In this document: one piece after another, positions 17,591 to 26,145 of the stretch
How positions within the stretch are numbered: the stretch's first letter is position 1
Layout of the letters: each line of letters starts with the position of its first letter
NCBI GenBank assembly: GCA_964580585.1
Contig: CAZOKZ010000001.1
Coordinates: 119,893 to 183,892 of the forward strand
Direction of reading: 5' to 3'
From: an uncultured Candidatus Sumerlaeota bacterium
GTDB lineage: Bacteria; Sumerlaeota; Sumerlaeia; SLMS01; JAHLLQ01
Length of the DNA: 64,000 nucleotides
Made by a program: the position numbers and the translations under genes
Notes under the pieces: generated by a model
What the model saw: the letters and a program-made list of their open reading frames with translations, nothing else
Told to the model about the DNA's origin: nothing
Databases searched by the model: none

Positions 17591-20500
17591 TTATTTCACG
17601 CGTCCAATGTAGGAGCGCCAGTTGCCTTCCGGGTTACTGCGGAAGCCGATAGCACCCAGTTTGGTCGGAGGCGAGGTAAAGGTCGATTTGGTCGATGTCG
17701 CAGACCACAATTCGCCGTATTCGGTCAATTGAACCAGGTCATCCACACCGTCGCCGTCCATATCGCCCGCGAAGATATCCCAGCCGTTGTTCAAACGCGG
17801 AGCATACTTGAAGCCGAGGAAGTTCCAGCGCGAAGGAGCGCCGAAACCAGCGCCGTTCGAGAGGGCAACCCAGGCATCCGTAAACGGAGTTAGCGTCATC
17901 AGGTCATCTCTGCCGTCGTCGTTGAAGTCGCCGACCAACAAACCATAGCCCGGATTGACGGAATCACCGCGATCATATTGGAAGCCAAAGGCTCCCCAAT
18001 CGGCGGGCGGGTTAAAGCCTGCACCGGTCGAGGTATGAACGTAAACCTGGCCGCCAGCGCGAACTTCGATGATGTCGTCGTTTCCATCGCCGTTCAAATC
18101 GCCTGCGCCAACCCAGTTACCGTTGTTCGGGTCGTAAATCACCCCGCCAGCGGATGAGAAGGAGGGACCAGGGATCGCGCCGCCAGAATTCAATCCCAAC
18201 CAGATATCGCCGTACTGGGTAATTTGTGCCAAGTCGGTGAAGCCGTCGCCGTCGAAGTCGCCCGGAATGGCAACCCAGCCACCGTTTTCAAGATACAGGT
18301 AACCCGGCGCGGAGTTGAATGTGTTGATGAAGGTTTCCGAACCCGAGTTGAACGTAATCCACGCCTCGCCATATTCGGTAACCGTCAACAGTTCGATGAG
18401 TTCGTCGCCGTTGAAGTCGCCTGCGATAGTTTGCCAATCGATGCTGGCGTCATGTTTAAAGCCAATCGCTCCCCACTTGACCGGGCCGGAAAGCGTTCCG
18501 GCTACGTTTTCAGAACCCCAGGCTTCGGTGTATTGCGTCAGGCAGAGGATTGAATCGACACTATTGTCAACCTTCGCGGAATTCAGGAAGTTGACGGCTT
18601 GCTCCAGGTCATTGACGCCCGGTGTGCCGAAACCATCCCAAGTACCAATGCTGTCGATGAAGACCGTAGGAGCGTCGGTTGAAGCGAAAAAGATGTAAGA
18701 GGCGAAAGCGTATTGCGAAAGCGCTCCAGCACCGTATTGCGAGGTAACTTGGCCGGCTGTACGTGCCAAGGTGACCGCTGAGTTTCCATCCACCGGATCA
18801 ATCCAGATGGAAATACCACCGTTGTTGGTGGCTGGGTTGTTGTCGGTGGCCGAGGTATATTGAATAACACATGTGTGCCAAACTTGAGGCGTCACCGGCA
18901 CTATTTGCGTCGTGCTTAATTGCCCCGGAGTCGTGTTGGGATAATCCAACCGAAGACCTACATTTCCGCTACCGTCTTTTCCGACTTCGATAATGTATGC
19001 AAAGGGATTGAAGTTGTCGAACGGCGCACCTTTATTGACCGGAGTGAATAATTGTGTGAATGCCCCGAGCGGCACATTGGTTGTATCGCCAATGCGGAAG
19101 CAGAACGCGACTTGATGGGCTGATTCGACATAGCTGCCACCGCCAATTTGGTTGGAAGTTACCATGGCGTTGTTTTCGTTGCCGTCCCATGTCAATCCGC
19201 GACCGTTGAGCGATTGAACCGTGTCCACAGCAAACCCGTTTGCGGTTGTGGTACCGCCACCATAAATCAAGCTAAAGCCCGTTCCCGTGTCGTTTGCCAC
19301 TGGGGGTGGAGCACCACCCGACAAGCCCGGGAAGGCATTGAATTCTTCCGCGTCGTTGGGCAGACCCGGTCCATCGATATAGGTGTTGGTGTCCGAATCG
19401 GAATTATTGCCGGTGTTGGTATCTACGACACCAATGGGTTGAGTGATCGAGGCAGTGTTTACAAGCGTTGCAGCCGATGCTCCTGCGTCAATCGTACCGT
19501 CGATGGTGATTGTCGCCGTACCGCCGCTCGGGAACGTGGTAATATTCAGACTCAGGTTGCCGTTACCGCTGGCCGGACCTGCTGCTCCCCCACCATAGAC
19601 GACGCTCCAGGAAGCGCCTGTTACTTGCGAAGGAAGATTATCCGTCACCACCGAACCATCGGCAGAATCGGGACCATTGTTGCTCGCAACCAACGTGTAT
19701 GTGATCGGATCGCCCGGATCGATGATGGTCAAACCGTCGTCCTTGGTAATCGCAACGTCAGCTTCGGGGAAACCGCCTGCAGGTGTGAAGTCAACTTGGA
19801 CATCGTACAATTGAACCTCATCAACGCCTGAAGAGTAAACCTTGACGTAGTAAGTTCCCGTCGCGGGCAAAGGAGCTCCGATAATCTGTTCGGTCGATCC
19901 GGCAGGTTGAGTGTTCGCAGTTGCGATCACCGAAGTACCGTCCGTCCCGATAAGCTGAACGTCCAAGTTCGTGAGCGTCGTAGTGTCCAGGTTTGTTCCT
20001 GCAGTACAGGAACCGTCGCCGTTTTGCGGCCCTTCAAGATAGGTGGACCCAATTGGGAACAAAGTGACGACGACCGTGCCGGTCTGGCTGATCGAAAAGG
20101 AGTAATAATCGACATCGAGATTTCCGAACACACCGACTTCATCGGGAAAGTTTCCAATATTCGTGACCAAGTTGCCCCAATGAGTCGCGGTACCGGCGGT
20201 TTCGTTGCTTTCAAACATATCGCCGTAGTTATTTTGCGCGCCGAGTATGTCGTCGTGCTGCGGACCATCGAAACCCGTATTGATGAACGGTTCCATCAGC
20301 TTGGTCCCGTCCATGGGGCAGGTATGCGAGAGACCCAGACCATGACCATGTTCGTGGGAGAGTGTGTTGCGCATCCCAATCGAATTGTTTGTGGTATTCC
20401 CGTAAAATGTCGGGTTACCCGTATCGATCACCATGTCGCCGTTGTTCGGGAAAAAGTTGTAGGCAAGAATATTCGAGCCACTCTCGCCATCAACATAGTG

Positions 20501-21289
20501 ACCGCCAATTCGGCAATCGCCACGAACGCCCGCCACGCCTGCATTGAGTTTCAATGCAACACCGTCGTCGTTCGATTCGTATTGATAGTCAATTCCCGTC
20601 AACTCTTCCCAACGATCGAAGATGTTGGTAAAGAGCGGCTGCCACGTAGCCTGGTTGCCGTACAAACCATTCAGGAAAGCGATCAAACTGCTGGGATCGT
20701 TGGTTTCCGTGGCAATGCTGGCGTCCTTGGCAATAGGAGTTCCGTCGGGGACAAAGCTGTACGTTAAGACAAACGGCTGGCCTTGCGCGATACTGACGGT
20801 GTTGGCGGTTGTGGTCCAACGCCCGCTGGGCCGAAACTTGTCGTCGCCAAAAATCGCTTTGTCGAAAGCTGCCATGGCTTTCTCTGAATAACCGGGCGTA
20901 AAACAAAACACCGGGCGTTCGTCAAACGACCGTGTATCGATGGCAAAATTTCTCAGTGTAATTTGATGGCCGAGTGTGAGCGAGTTGAAGTCGGCACGCG
21001 GAAGCATGTCTTTAACATCTTCGTACAGAATATCTGTCGAAGGATTTGATTCGATGGTAATCGGAGCGCGCGCGGCGCTGCGCTCGGGAACTTTCAAACC
21101 CAGATGATGGAAAACCAACGGTTCGGTCATCAGCATCAATTGGGCTTCGTTAAAATAAATTTGCTGCGGGGCCTTTACCTTTGCAGTTTCCGTTGTTGAG
21201 GGACACTGAAGACAAGCCGGGCACCCTGGGTCTGCTTGCAGCGAGGATGCTGCGAGCAGGGAAAGTGTCATCAAAGCGGTTTTTTTCAT
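17591..21289 (-). CDS. Secreted multidomain zinc metalloprotease (metzincin motif) with PPC-like, DUF11-like and FG-GAP/VCBS repeat regions
   Basis: Signal peptide MKKTALMTLSLLAASSLQA. HEHGHGLGLSH (HExxHxxGxxH, nt 20324-20356). YYSFSISQTGTVVVTL...GTYYVKVYS is pre-peptidase C-terminal-like. DVAITKDDG...ITYTLVASNNGPDSADGSVVTDNLP is DUF11-like. The C-terminus carries five GD(F/L/M)(N/D)(G/D)DGxDD repeats. Confidence 0.8.
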   Translation of the reverse strand: MKKTALMTLSLLAASSLQADPGCPACLQCPSTTETAKVKAPQQIYFNEAQLMLMTEPLVFHHLGLKVPERSAARAPITIESNPSTDILYEDVKDMLPRADFNSLTLGHQITLRNFAIDTRSFDERPVFCFTPGYSEKAMAAFDKAIFGDDKFRPSGRWTTTANTVSIAQGQPFVLTYSFVPDGTPIAKDASIATETNDPSSLIAFLNGLYGNQATWQPLFTNIFDRWEELTGIDYQYESNDDGVALKLNAGVAGVRGDCRIGGHYVDGESGSNILAYNFFPNNGDMVIDTGNPTFYGNTTNNSIGMRNTLSHEHGHGLGLSHTCPMDGTKLMEPFINTGFDGPQHDDILGAQNNYGDMFESNETAGTATHWGNLVTNIGNFPDEVGVFGNLDVDYYSFSISQTGTVVVTLFPIGSTYLEGPQNGDGSCTAGTNLDTTTLTNLDVQLIGTDGTSVIATANTQPAGSTEQIIGAPLPATGTYYVKVYSSGVDEVQLYDVQVDFTPAGGFPEADVAITKDDGLTIIDPGDPITYTLVASNNGPDSADGSVVTDNLPSQVTGASWSVVYGGGAAGPASGNGNLSLNITTFPSGGTATITIDGTIDAGASAATLVNTASITQPIGVVDTNTGNNSDSDTNTYIDGPGLPNDAEEFNAFPGLSGGAPPPVANDTGTGFSLIYGGGTTTANGFAVDTVQSLNGRGLTWDGNENNAMVTSNQIGGGSYVESAHQVAFCFRIGDTTNVPLGAFTQLFTPVNKGAPFDNFNPFAYIIEVGKDGSGNVGLRLDYPNTTPGQLSTTQIVPVTPQVWHTCVIQYTSATDNNPATNNGGISIWIDPVDGNSAVTLARTAGQVTSQYGAGALSQYAFASYIFFASTDAPTVFIDSIGTWDGFGTPGVNDLEQAVNFLNSAKVDNSVDSILCLTQYTEAWGSENVAGTLSGPVKWGAIGFKHDASIDWQTIAGDFNGDELIELLTVTEYGEAWITFNSGSETFINTFNSAPGYLYLENGGWVAIPGDFDGDGFTDLAQITQYGDIWLGLNSGGAIPGPSFSSAGGVIYDPNNGNWVGAGDLNGDGNDDIIEVRAGGQVYVHTSTGAGFNPPADWGAFGFQYDRGDSVNPGYGLLVGDFNDDGRDDLMTLTPFTDAWVALSNGAGFGAPSRWNFLGFKYAPRLNNGWDIFAGDMDGDGVDDLVQLTEYGELWSATSTKSTFTSPPTKLGAIGFRSNPEGNWRSYIGRVK
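17594..18570 (-). repeat. FG-GAP/VCBS-type repeats at the C-terminus of the metalloprotease
   Basis: GDFNGDELIELL, GDFDGDGFTDLA, GDLNGDGNDDII, GDFNDDGRDDLM and GDMDGDGVDDLV, spaced about 55-65 aa apart. Confidence 0.65.
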
Positions 21290-21494
21290 CCTTCGGGGGA
21301 TCTCCCTATGTTGATATCATACAATTCGTTGGAGGAAAGGTTTAAGGTGAATTTTATCGCAGCGTGGATTGGCAGGGACCAACCGGTGATACTGATCATT
21401 ATTTCTATGCTTGAATGGAACCTGAATTCAAAATCTCCAGCAAGTCCAAAAACTGTTTTTCAGTAGTTTGGTACCGTATTTCATGGATTTTTTG

Positions 21495-22286
21495 CTAAAT
21501 TGACTTCACCAAACCGCCATCCACCATCCAATTCATCCCGGTGAGATAGTCGGCGATCGGAGAGGACAAATAGGCGATCAAATGTCCGATATCATCAGGA
21601 CGCCCCAATCGTCCGGCGGGAATTTTTTGGAGCAAATCGTCCCGAACTTCTTCCGGCGAGCGACCCGAACGCGAGGCCTGCATGCACAAAACGTTTACAA
21701 GGCGTTCGGTGTTGATGCGTCCCGGCGAGATGGCATGGCAGCAGACTTTTTCTTCGGCGAGTTCCGTTGCCATCGTTTTGATCATCCCGACCACACCCGG
21801 GCGGAACACATTCGAAAGCGTCAGTCCATCAATGGGTTCTCGGGTGGAACTGCTGGTGATAACAAAAACACGCGGCGCCGGACTACGTTTCAACAACGGC
21901 AGAGCTACTTTGGCTAGATAAACAGGCGCGACAATTAACAAGTCCGCAGCCTGACGCCATTGAGTAACACTCAGGGTTTGGATGGTTCCTGACGGCGGAC
22001 CGCCGCTGTTGCAAACGATGATATCGAGACGTCCGAATTCATCTTCAATGCGTTGTAAAACTTTTTCCTGTGGCTCGAAATAAGCAGAATCGGCTACGTT
22101 GTACAAAACACGCCGTCCGGTGGAGTCGGCGATTTCGCGCGCGGTGCGCAAGAGGGTGTCCTCTGTACGTGCCGTCAACATCAGGTCGCACCCTTCGGTC
22201 GCAAGAGCTTCCGCAATACCTCGTCCGATTCCTTTGCTGGCGCCTTGCACCAGCGCCACATGCCCTTTGAGCATCAAATCCATCAT
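21495..22286 (-). CDS. SDR-family oxidoreductase (atypical, FabG/BKR-like)
   Basis: Rossmann motif VQGASKGIGRGIA, NSGG, and C-terminal MVDGG. Where YxxxK is expected the sequence reads SNVFR. The start overlaps the bpt stop by 4 nt. Confidence 0.8.
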   Translation of the reverse strand: MMDLMLKGHVALVQGASKGIGRGIAEALATEGCDLMLTARTEDTLLRTAREIADSTGRRVLYNVADSAYFEPQEKVLQRIEDEFGRLDIIVCNSGGPPSGTIQTLSVTQWRQAADLLIVAPVYLAKVALPLLKRSPAPRVFVITSSSTREPIDGLTLSNVFRPGVVGMIKTMATELAEEKVCCHAISPGRINTERLVNVLCMQASRSGRSPEEVRDDLLQKIPAGRLGRPDDIGHLIAYLSSPIADYLTGMNWMVDGGLVKSI

Positions 22287-23089
22287 TGGATCCTTTCAAT
22301 CGTTGGGTTGATGATCGAGTGGGGTGAATTCAAAACGCAGTTCGTTACTCCGTCCCCGTGCTTGTCAACGCGCAACCAATTTCCACACGAGTCGCCAATT
22401 TCACAGGGTTGGAACATGGATTTATAGTTCATTTTCACACAGTCGCGAATAAAATAACCCATATAGTAATGCGTCATTCGGAGCTGTTTCGCATGATGGA
22501 TCAACCAGAGAATTGCCCATGTTCCCAGACTGGAATTTACCTTCTCGGGATCGAAATAAGTGTAAACTGAACTCAGGCAATTCCCATCGATATCGACAAT
22601 GGCGACCGCGACGATACGTTCGTCCAGATGGAATTCGATTTCCCGGGTTTCCACGGGGGATTGATATAAAAAATCGGAAAATTCCTGCCATTCCGTGCAC
22701 ATTTCTCCGGTGTGACGGCTCTTTTGATAACGAACGAACAAGTCGAATTTTTCTTCCGTCGGCGTTGGAGAACAACTCCGTCCCTCGATGTCGCGATTGC
22801 GGTTGAGTAGTTTTCGCTGTGTGCGCGAAGGAGAGAATTCATCAACGGGGATACGGATGGGACGGCACTCGTTGCAAGTCTCGCATACGGGCTTGTAAAA
22901 AACCATGCCGCTCCGGCGCCAACCAAAGTCCATCAGTGTTCGGTAAAACCCGTTGGGCGATTGATTGAGCATGAAAGCGCGCTCGCGGGCCATTCGATTG
23001 GGCAGATAGGAACACTCGTGAGGTGGGCCGATTGGCACCCCCATGGAGTCGAGGAGTTTTTCGATCTGTCCGGATGGGGTCATCATCAT
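22283..23089 (-). CDS. bpt: Arginyl/leucyl-tRNA--protein transferase of the Bpt/ATE family (N-end rule)
   Basis: CSYLPNR...FYRTLMDFGWRRSGMVFYKPVCETCNECRPIRIPVDEFSPSRTQRKLLNRN is the ATE_N signature, and a C-terminal ATE_C-like half follows. Start set at the ATG at 23089, which forms an ATGA overlap with the upstream transporter stop. The ORF extends to 23137. Confidence 0.82.
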   Translation of the reverse strand: MMMTPSGQIEKLLDSMGVPIGPPHECSYLPNRMARERAFMLNQSPNGFYRTLMDFGWRRSGMVFYKPVCETCNECRPIRIPVDEFSPSRTQRKLLNRNRDIEGRSCSPTPTEEKFDLFVRYQKSRHTGEMCTEWQEFSDFLYQSPVETREIEFHLDERIVAVAIVDIDGNCLSSVYTYFDPEKVNSSLGTWAILWLIHHAKQLRMTHYYMGYFIRDCVKMNYKSMFQPCEIGDSCGNWLRVDKHGDGVTNCVLNSPHSIINPTIERIQ

Positions 23090-24870
23090 GATCCAAAAGG
23101 AAACGCATATGGAATAATGATCATGGCTGATGCCCAAACGGTCAAATCCAAAGGTAACCCGATGCGGATAAAATCCGAGAAGCGGTATCCGCCCGGACCA
23201 AAAACCATCAGGTTTGTCTGATAGCCGATGGGTGTGGCAAAAGCGGCTGAACTGGCAATCATCACACCAATGGCAAACGGCAAATAGTCGGCCCCGACCA
23301 TTTGAGCGGTGGGAACGACAAACGGAAACATCAATACAGCGGCGGCGTTATTGGTCAGAAATTCCGATGCGACCATTGTGACAAAGTAAAGCATCGCCAA
23401 CGCCACCAGGGGGTTTTCAATCCCCAGCGAAAATACCGCATTTACAACAGCTTCGGCAGCGCCACTCTCTTTCATGGCGTTTCCGATTCCCAACGCAGCC
23501 GCGATGGAAAGCAATACGCGTCCATCGAGACTTCGACGTGCCGTTTCCAGAGAGCAACATCCCGTCACGAACATGGCGCCAGCTGCAATCAACGCCGCCA
23601 ACAGTATGTTTACCTTGGCGACAGCAATGAACAATACCATGACGATCAGAATCAGTAGCGACAACCAGGCTTTGTCAAATCGCGGAGGCGTGTAGCCTTC
23701 GATTCGGCTGACCAGATAGAAATCACGGGAATCGCGATGACGTTCGAGAAACGAAGGCAACCCTTCGATCAAGAGCGTATCGCCTGCTTGCAGAACAATA
23801 TCGCCGATTTTTTTATTAATACGTTCACCGTGACGCGCCACAGCGATCACGACGGCTTCGTATTTGGTGCGAAATCGCCCCTCGCGCACGCTCTTGCCTA
23901 CAAGTGGCGAAGTGTGTGAAACAACAGCTTCAACCAAAACGCGATCGGTTGGCGGGGCATTCAATTTGAAGAGTTGATCCGTTGCAGGCTTTAAACCAGG
24001 GATTTTATGCAAATCCACAACGGAGTTCACGATACCGACAAAGATAAGATGATCGTCGGCTTGGAGTTTTTCCTTGGGTTTGACAGCGGGAATGATTTCG
24101 CCTTCACGGTCGATTTCCATCAAATACACGCCGTCCAGATGACGTAGCCCGGCTTGCTCGATGGACTTGCCAACCAACGGACTGGCAGGATCGACTTTCA
24201 TTTCCAGCACATATTCGCGCAAATCCGACGAAGGCGCCATCGCAGGCGTTCGATCGGGTAAAAGCCATTTGCTGGTGAGCAAAATAAACCCGACACCAAA
24301 CAAGGCGATCGGAAGACCAACTGCGGAAATTTCAAAAAAACCCAGAGAATAACCGGTTTCTGCCTGAATTCGTTTGGCGACAATCAGGTTCGTACTGGTA
24401 CCGATAATCGTGCAAAGTCCACCCAGAATTGCCGAATAACTGAGCGGAATGAGGAGTTTGGAAACAGGCATATTGAGCTTCTTGGCCCAATCGTTTACCA
24501 CAGGCAGAAGCACCGCCACCAACGGGGTGTTGTTCATAAAACCGCTGATCGACATCACGGGAAACATGATGCGCGATTGAGCAGCCAGCGTCGATTTTGG
24601 TCTGCCGAGCAGCATGTTGACCAAATACCAGACGCCCCCGGTTTCACGAATGGCGGCTGCCACCATGAAAAGCACGCCGATTGCCAGCATGCCTTCGTCA
24701 GAAAATCCAATCAACCCGTCGGCAACCGTAAACGTTTCGCCGCCAAGAATCAGCAGAACCGCCAATCCCGACAATAAAATAATTTCGGGGCTGAAGCGGG
24801 AGAAAATTAGAAAGATAAATACGACTGCGACTGTGGCGAGCACAATCCAGGCAAAGGGTTCCATGATCAC
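23086..24870 (-). CDS. SLC13/DASS-family anion permease with two central TrkA-C domains
   Basis: 594 aa. Multi-TM halves flank two soluble repeats (VDPASPLVGKSIEQAGL... and VSHTSPLVGKSVREGRF...) typical of TrkA_C. Terminal repeats of the CitMHS/SLC13 type. Confidence 0.8.
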   Translation of the reverse strand: MIMEPFAWIVLATVAVVFIFLIFSRFSPEIILLSGLAVLLILGGETFTVADGLIGFSDEGMLAIGVLFMVAAAIRETGGVWYLVNMLLGRPKSTLAAQSRIMFPVMSISGFMNNTPLVAVLLPVVNDWAKKLNMPVSKLLIPLSYSAILGGLCTIIGTSTNLIVAKRIQAETGYSLGFFEISAVGLPIALFGVGFILLTSKWLLPDRTPAMAPSSDLREYVLEMKVDPASPLVGKSIEQAGLRHLDGVYLMEIDREGEIIPAVKPKEKLQADDHLIFVGIVNSVVDLHKIPGLKPATDQLFKLNAPPTDRVLVEAVVSHTSPLVGKSVREGRFRTKYEAVVIAVARHGERINKKIGDIVLQAGDTLLIEGLPSFLERHRDSRDFYLVSRIEGYTPPRFDKAWLSLLILIVMVLFIAVAKVNILLAALIAAGAMFVTGCCSLETARRSLDGRVLLSIAAALGIGNAMKESGAAEAVVNAVFSLGIENPLVALAMLYFVTMVASEFLTNNAAAVLMFPFVVPTAQMVGADYLPFAIGVMIASSAAFATPIGYQTNLMVFGPGGYRFSDFIRIGLPLDLTVWASAMIIIPYAFPFGS

Positions 24871-24945
24871 AACTCGACGATCGAATTATAAACATCTCGT
24901 TTTGAAGAGCTTAACACAATTTTGCAAAACCTGATTCTCGGCGAA

Positions 24946-25410
24946 TCAGATTCCTCCTCCATCCTGGAATTCGTTCGTATTGGAAATTCGATACCGAATG
25001 GGCGAATTATTCAACACATGATCCAGTGTAGTTTCGTTCATCAACTGATCAACGGCATTACCAATATCACATAACACTCGCCGTACTTGAGCAGTCGGTA
25101 AATTTTCATCGGGGGCAAGGTCATCGAGCAGTTCCGGATCGACTGGCTCGAGGTGGCCGTCAAAATGACGCAAGATGCATCCAATGCTGATCTCGCCGGG
25201 AAAACGGAGCAAGCGATAGCCGCCGTTTTTTCCTGCTAAACTTTCCACGAGACCCAATTCTCGCAACTCGCGCATGATCGCTTCGAGGAATTTGCGTGGA
25301 ATATCGTTCGATTCGGCCAATTCGCGCACCGACACCGGCGCCGGCGATTGACCGGATGCCAGGTACAGGAGAGCTCGAAGGGCGTAATCCGATTTGCGGC
25401 TCAATCTCAT
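24946..25410 (-). CDS. Rrf2-family transcriptional regulator
   Basis: MRLSRKSDYALRALLYLA and the wHTH region VSVRELAESNDIPRKFLEAIMRELRELGLVES. The ORF also allows a start 12 nt upstream (25422). I see no three-Cys cluster, so it is probably not an Fe-S type. Confidence 0.85.
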   Translation of the reverse strand: MRLSRKSDYALRALLYLASGQSPAPVSVRELAESNDIPRKFLEAIMRELRELGLVESLAGKNGGYRLLRFPGEISIGCILRHFDGHLEPVDPELLDDLAPDENLPTAQVRRVLCDIGNAVDQLMNETTLDHVLNNSPIRYRISNTNEFQDGGGI

Positions 25411-25679
25411 GGGGCGTCTCATTCCAAAGCAGGTATTCCTACTAACTTGATAGGATTTAGGGGCGTCAAGCCCGTTCAGTCGTCGTAGAATCGTTTTCGT
25501 ATCGGGTCAGTTGAGAATCGAATTGCCCGATTTTGATCCACATTCTATATAAACTATTATTTATCGTAATTATCTATTTAGCCCAAATGGGTTAAAAATA
25601 TGATTTCCTGCCATTAAAATGCGATTTGTTGCGGTGCATCCCTTTGGAAACCTGTGGAATTCTATTGCGGCCCCTGCAC

Positions 25680-25979
25680 TTAAAAGGACACTAGACCCAA
25701 GCGAATAGTATTACCATCGAAGAAAACGAAACCCGCTGAAGCTTCGGAATTCTGATAAATCGACTTGCAGGCAAAAGCTGAGGTCTGTCGCCCAATCAGG
25801 TTGGAAGTATTTTTAGCGGTGTTTTTTTTGATGCGAGCATGCGAAATTCCTAACGAAGGAGGATAGCGATCGCTGCGGTCTTGACCAAGAGCTTCATCGT
25901 TGAATTTGGCATTACCTCGGATTCGCAGCAAATCAATAGGGTAACCTAAATCATCCAGATAAATCGGTAGTTCAACCAT
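25680..25979 (-). CDS. Orphan small ORF (99 aa) in an AT-richer intergenic patch; coding status uncertain
   Basis: Non-repetitive, balanced composition, but AT-rich third codon positions unlike the neighbours. No recognisable motif. Confidence 0.2.
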   Translation of the reverse strand: MVELPIYLDDLGYPIDLLRIRGNAKFNDEALGQDRSDRYPPSLGISHARIKKNTAKNTSNLIGRQTSAFACKSIYQNSEASAGFVFFDGNTIRLGLVSF

Positions 25980-26061
25980 CGGGAATAGATGACCGGAGAG
26001 AAGTCAGACCTTAGAGAGATGAAGGTCTTCCCCAATAGTAAACTCCAGAATCATTAACCCC

Positions 26062-26095
26062 CCGAGGGTCTCGGTTCATCGCCAGTCGATGAACC
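26062..26095 (+). promoter_or_regulatory. Two adjacent, overlapping inverted repeats in the leader of the giant gene
   Basis: CCGAG-GGT-CTCGG (26062-26074) and GGTTCATCG-CCAGT-CGATGAACC (26073-26095), about 50 nt upstream of the ATG. A strong SD (AGGAGG) sits 8 nt before the ATG at 26146. Confidence 0.3.
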
Positions 26096-26145
26096 ATTTA
26101 GAAGTTTTACTAAGGTAAAAAACCAACTCGCAGGAGGAAATTGGA

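Noticed and set aside
19148-20767. Antisense ORFs of 227 and 286 aa inside the metalloprotease gene, and the similar 215-aa antisense ORF in rpoD at 33278-33925.
   Set aside because: They are embedded opposite well-supported genes, have Arg/Val-rich compositions and carry no motifs.
21495-22286. The SDR lacking the catalytic YxxxK, considered as a possible dead enzyme or pseudogene.
   Set aside because: The ORF is intact with good cofactor-binding motifs. From memory, an SNV.R-type replacement occurs in a described BKR-like atypical SDR subgroup. It is therefore noted in the feature evidence but not raised as a finding. The subgroup assignment is unverified.
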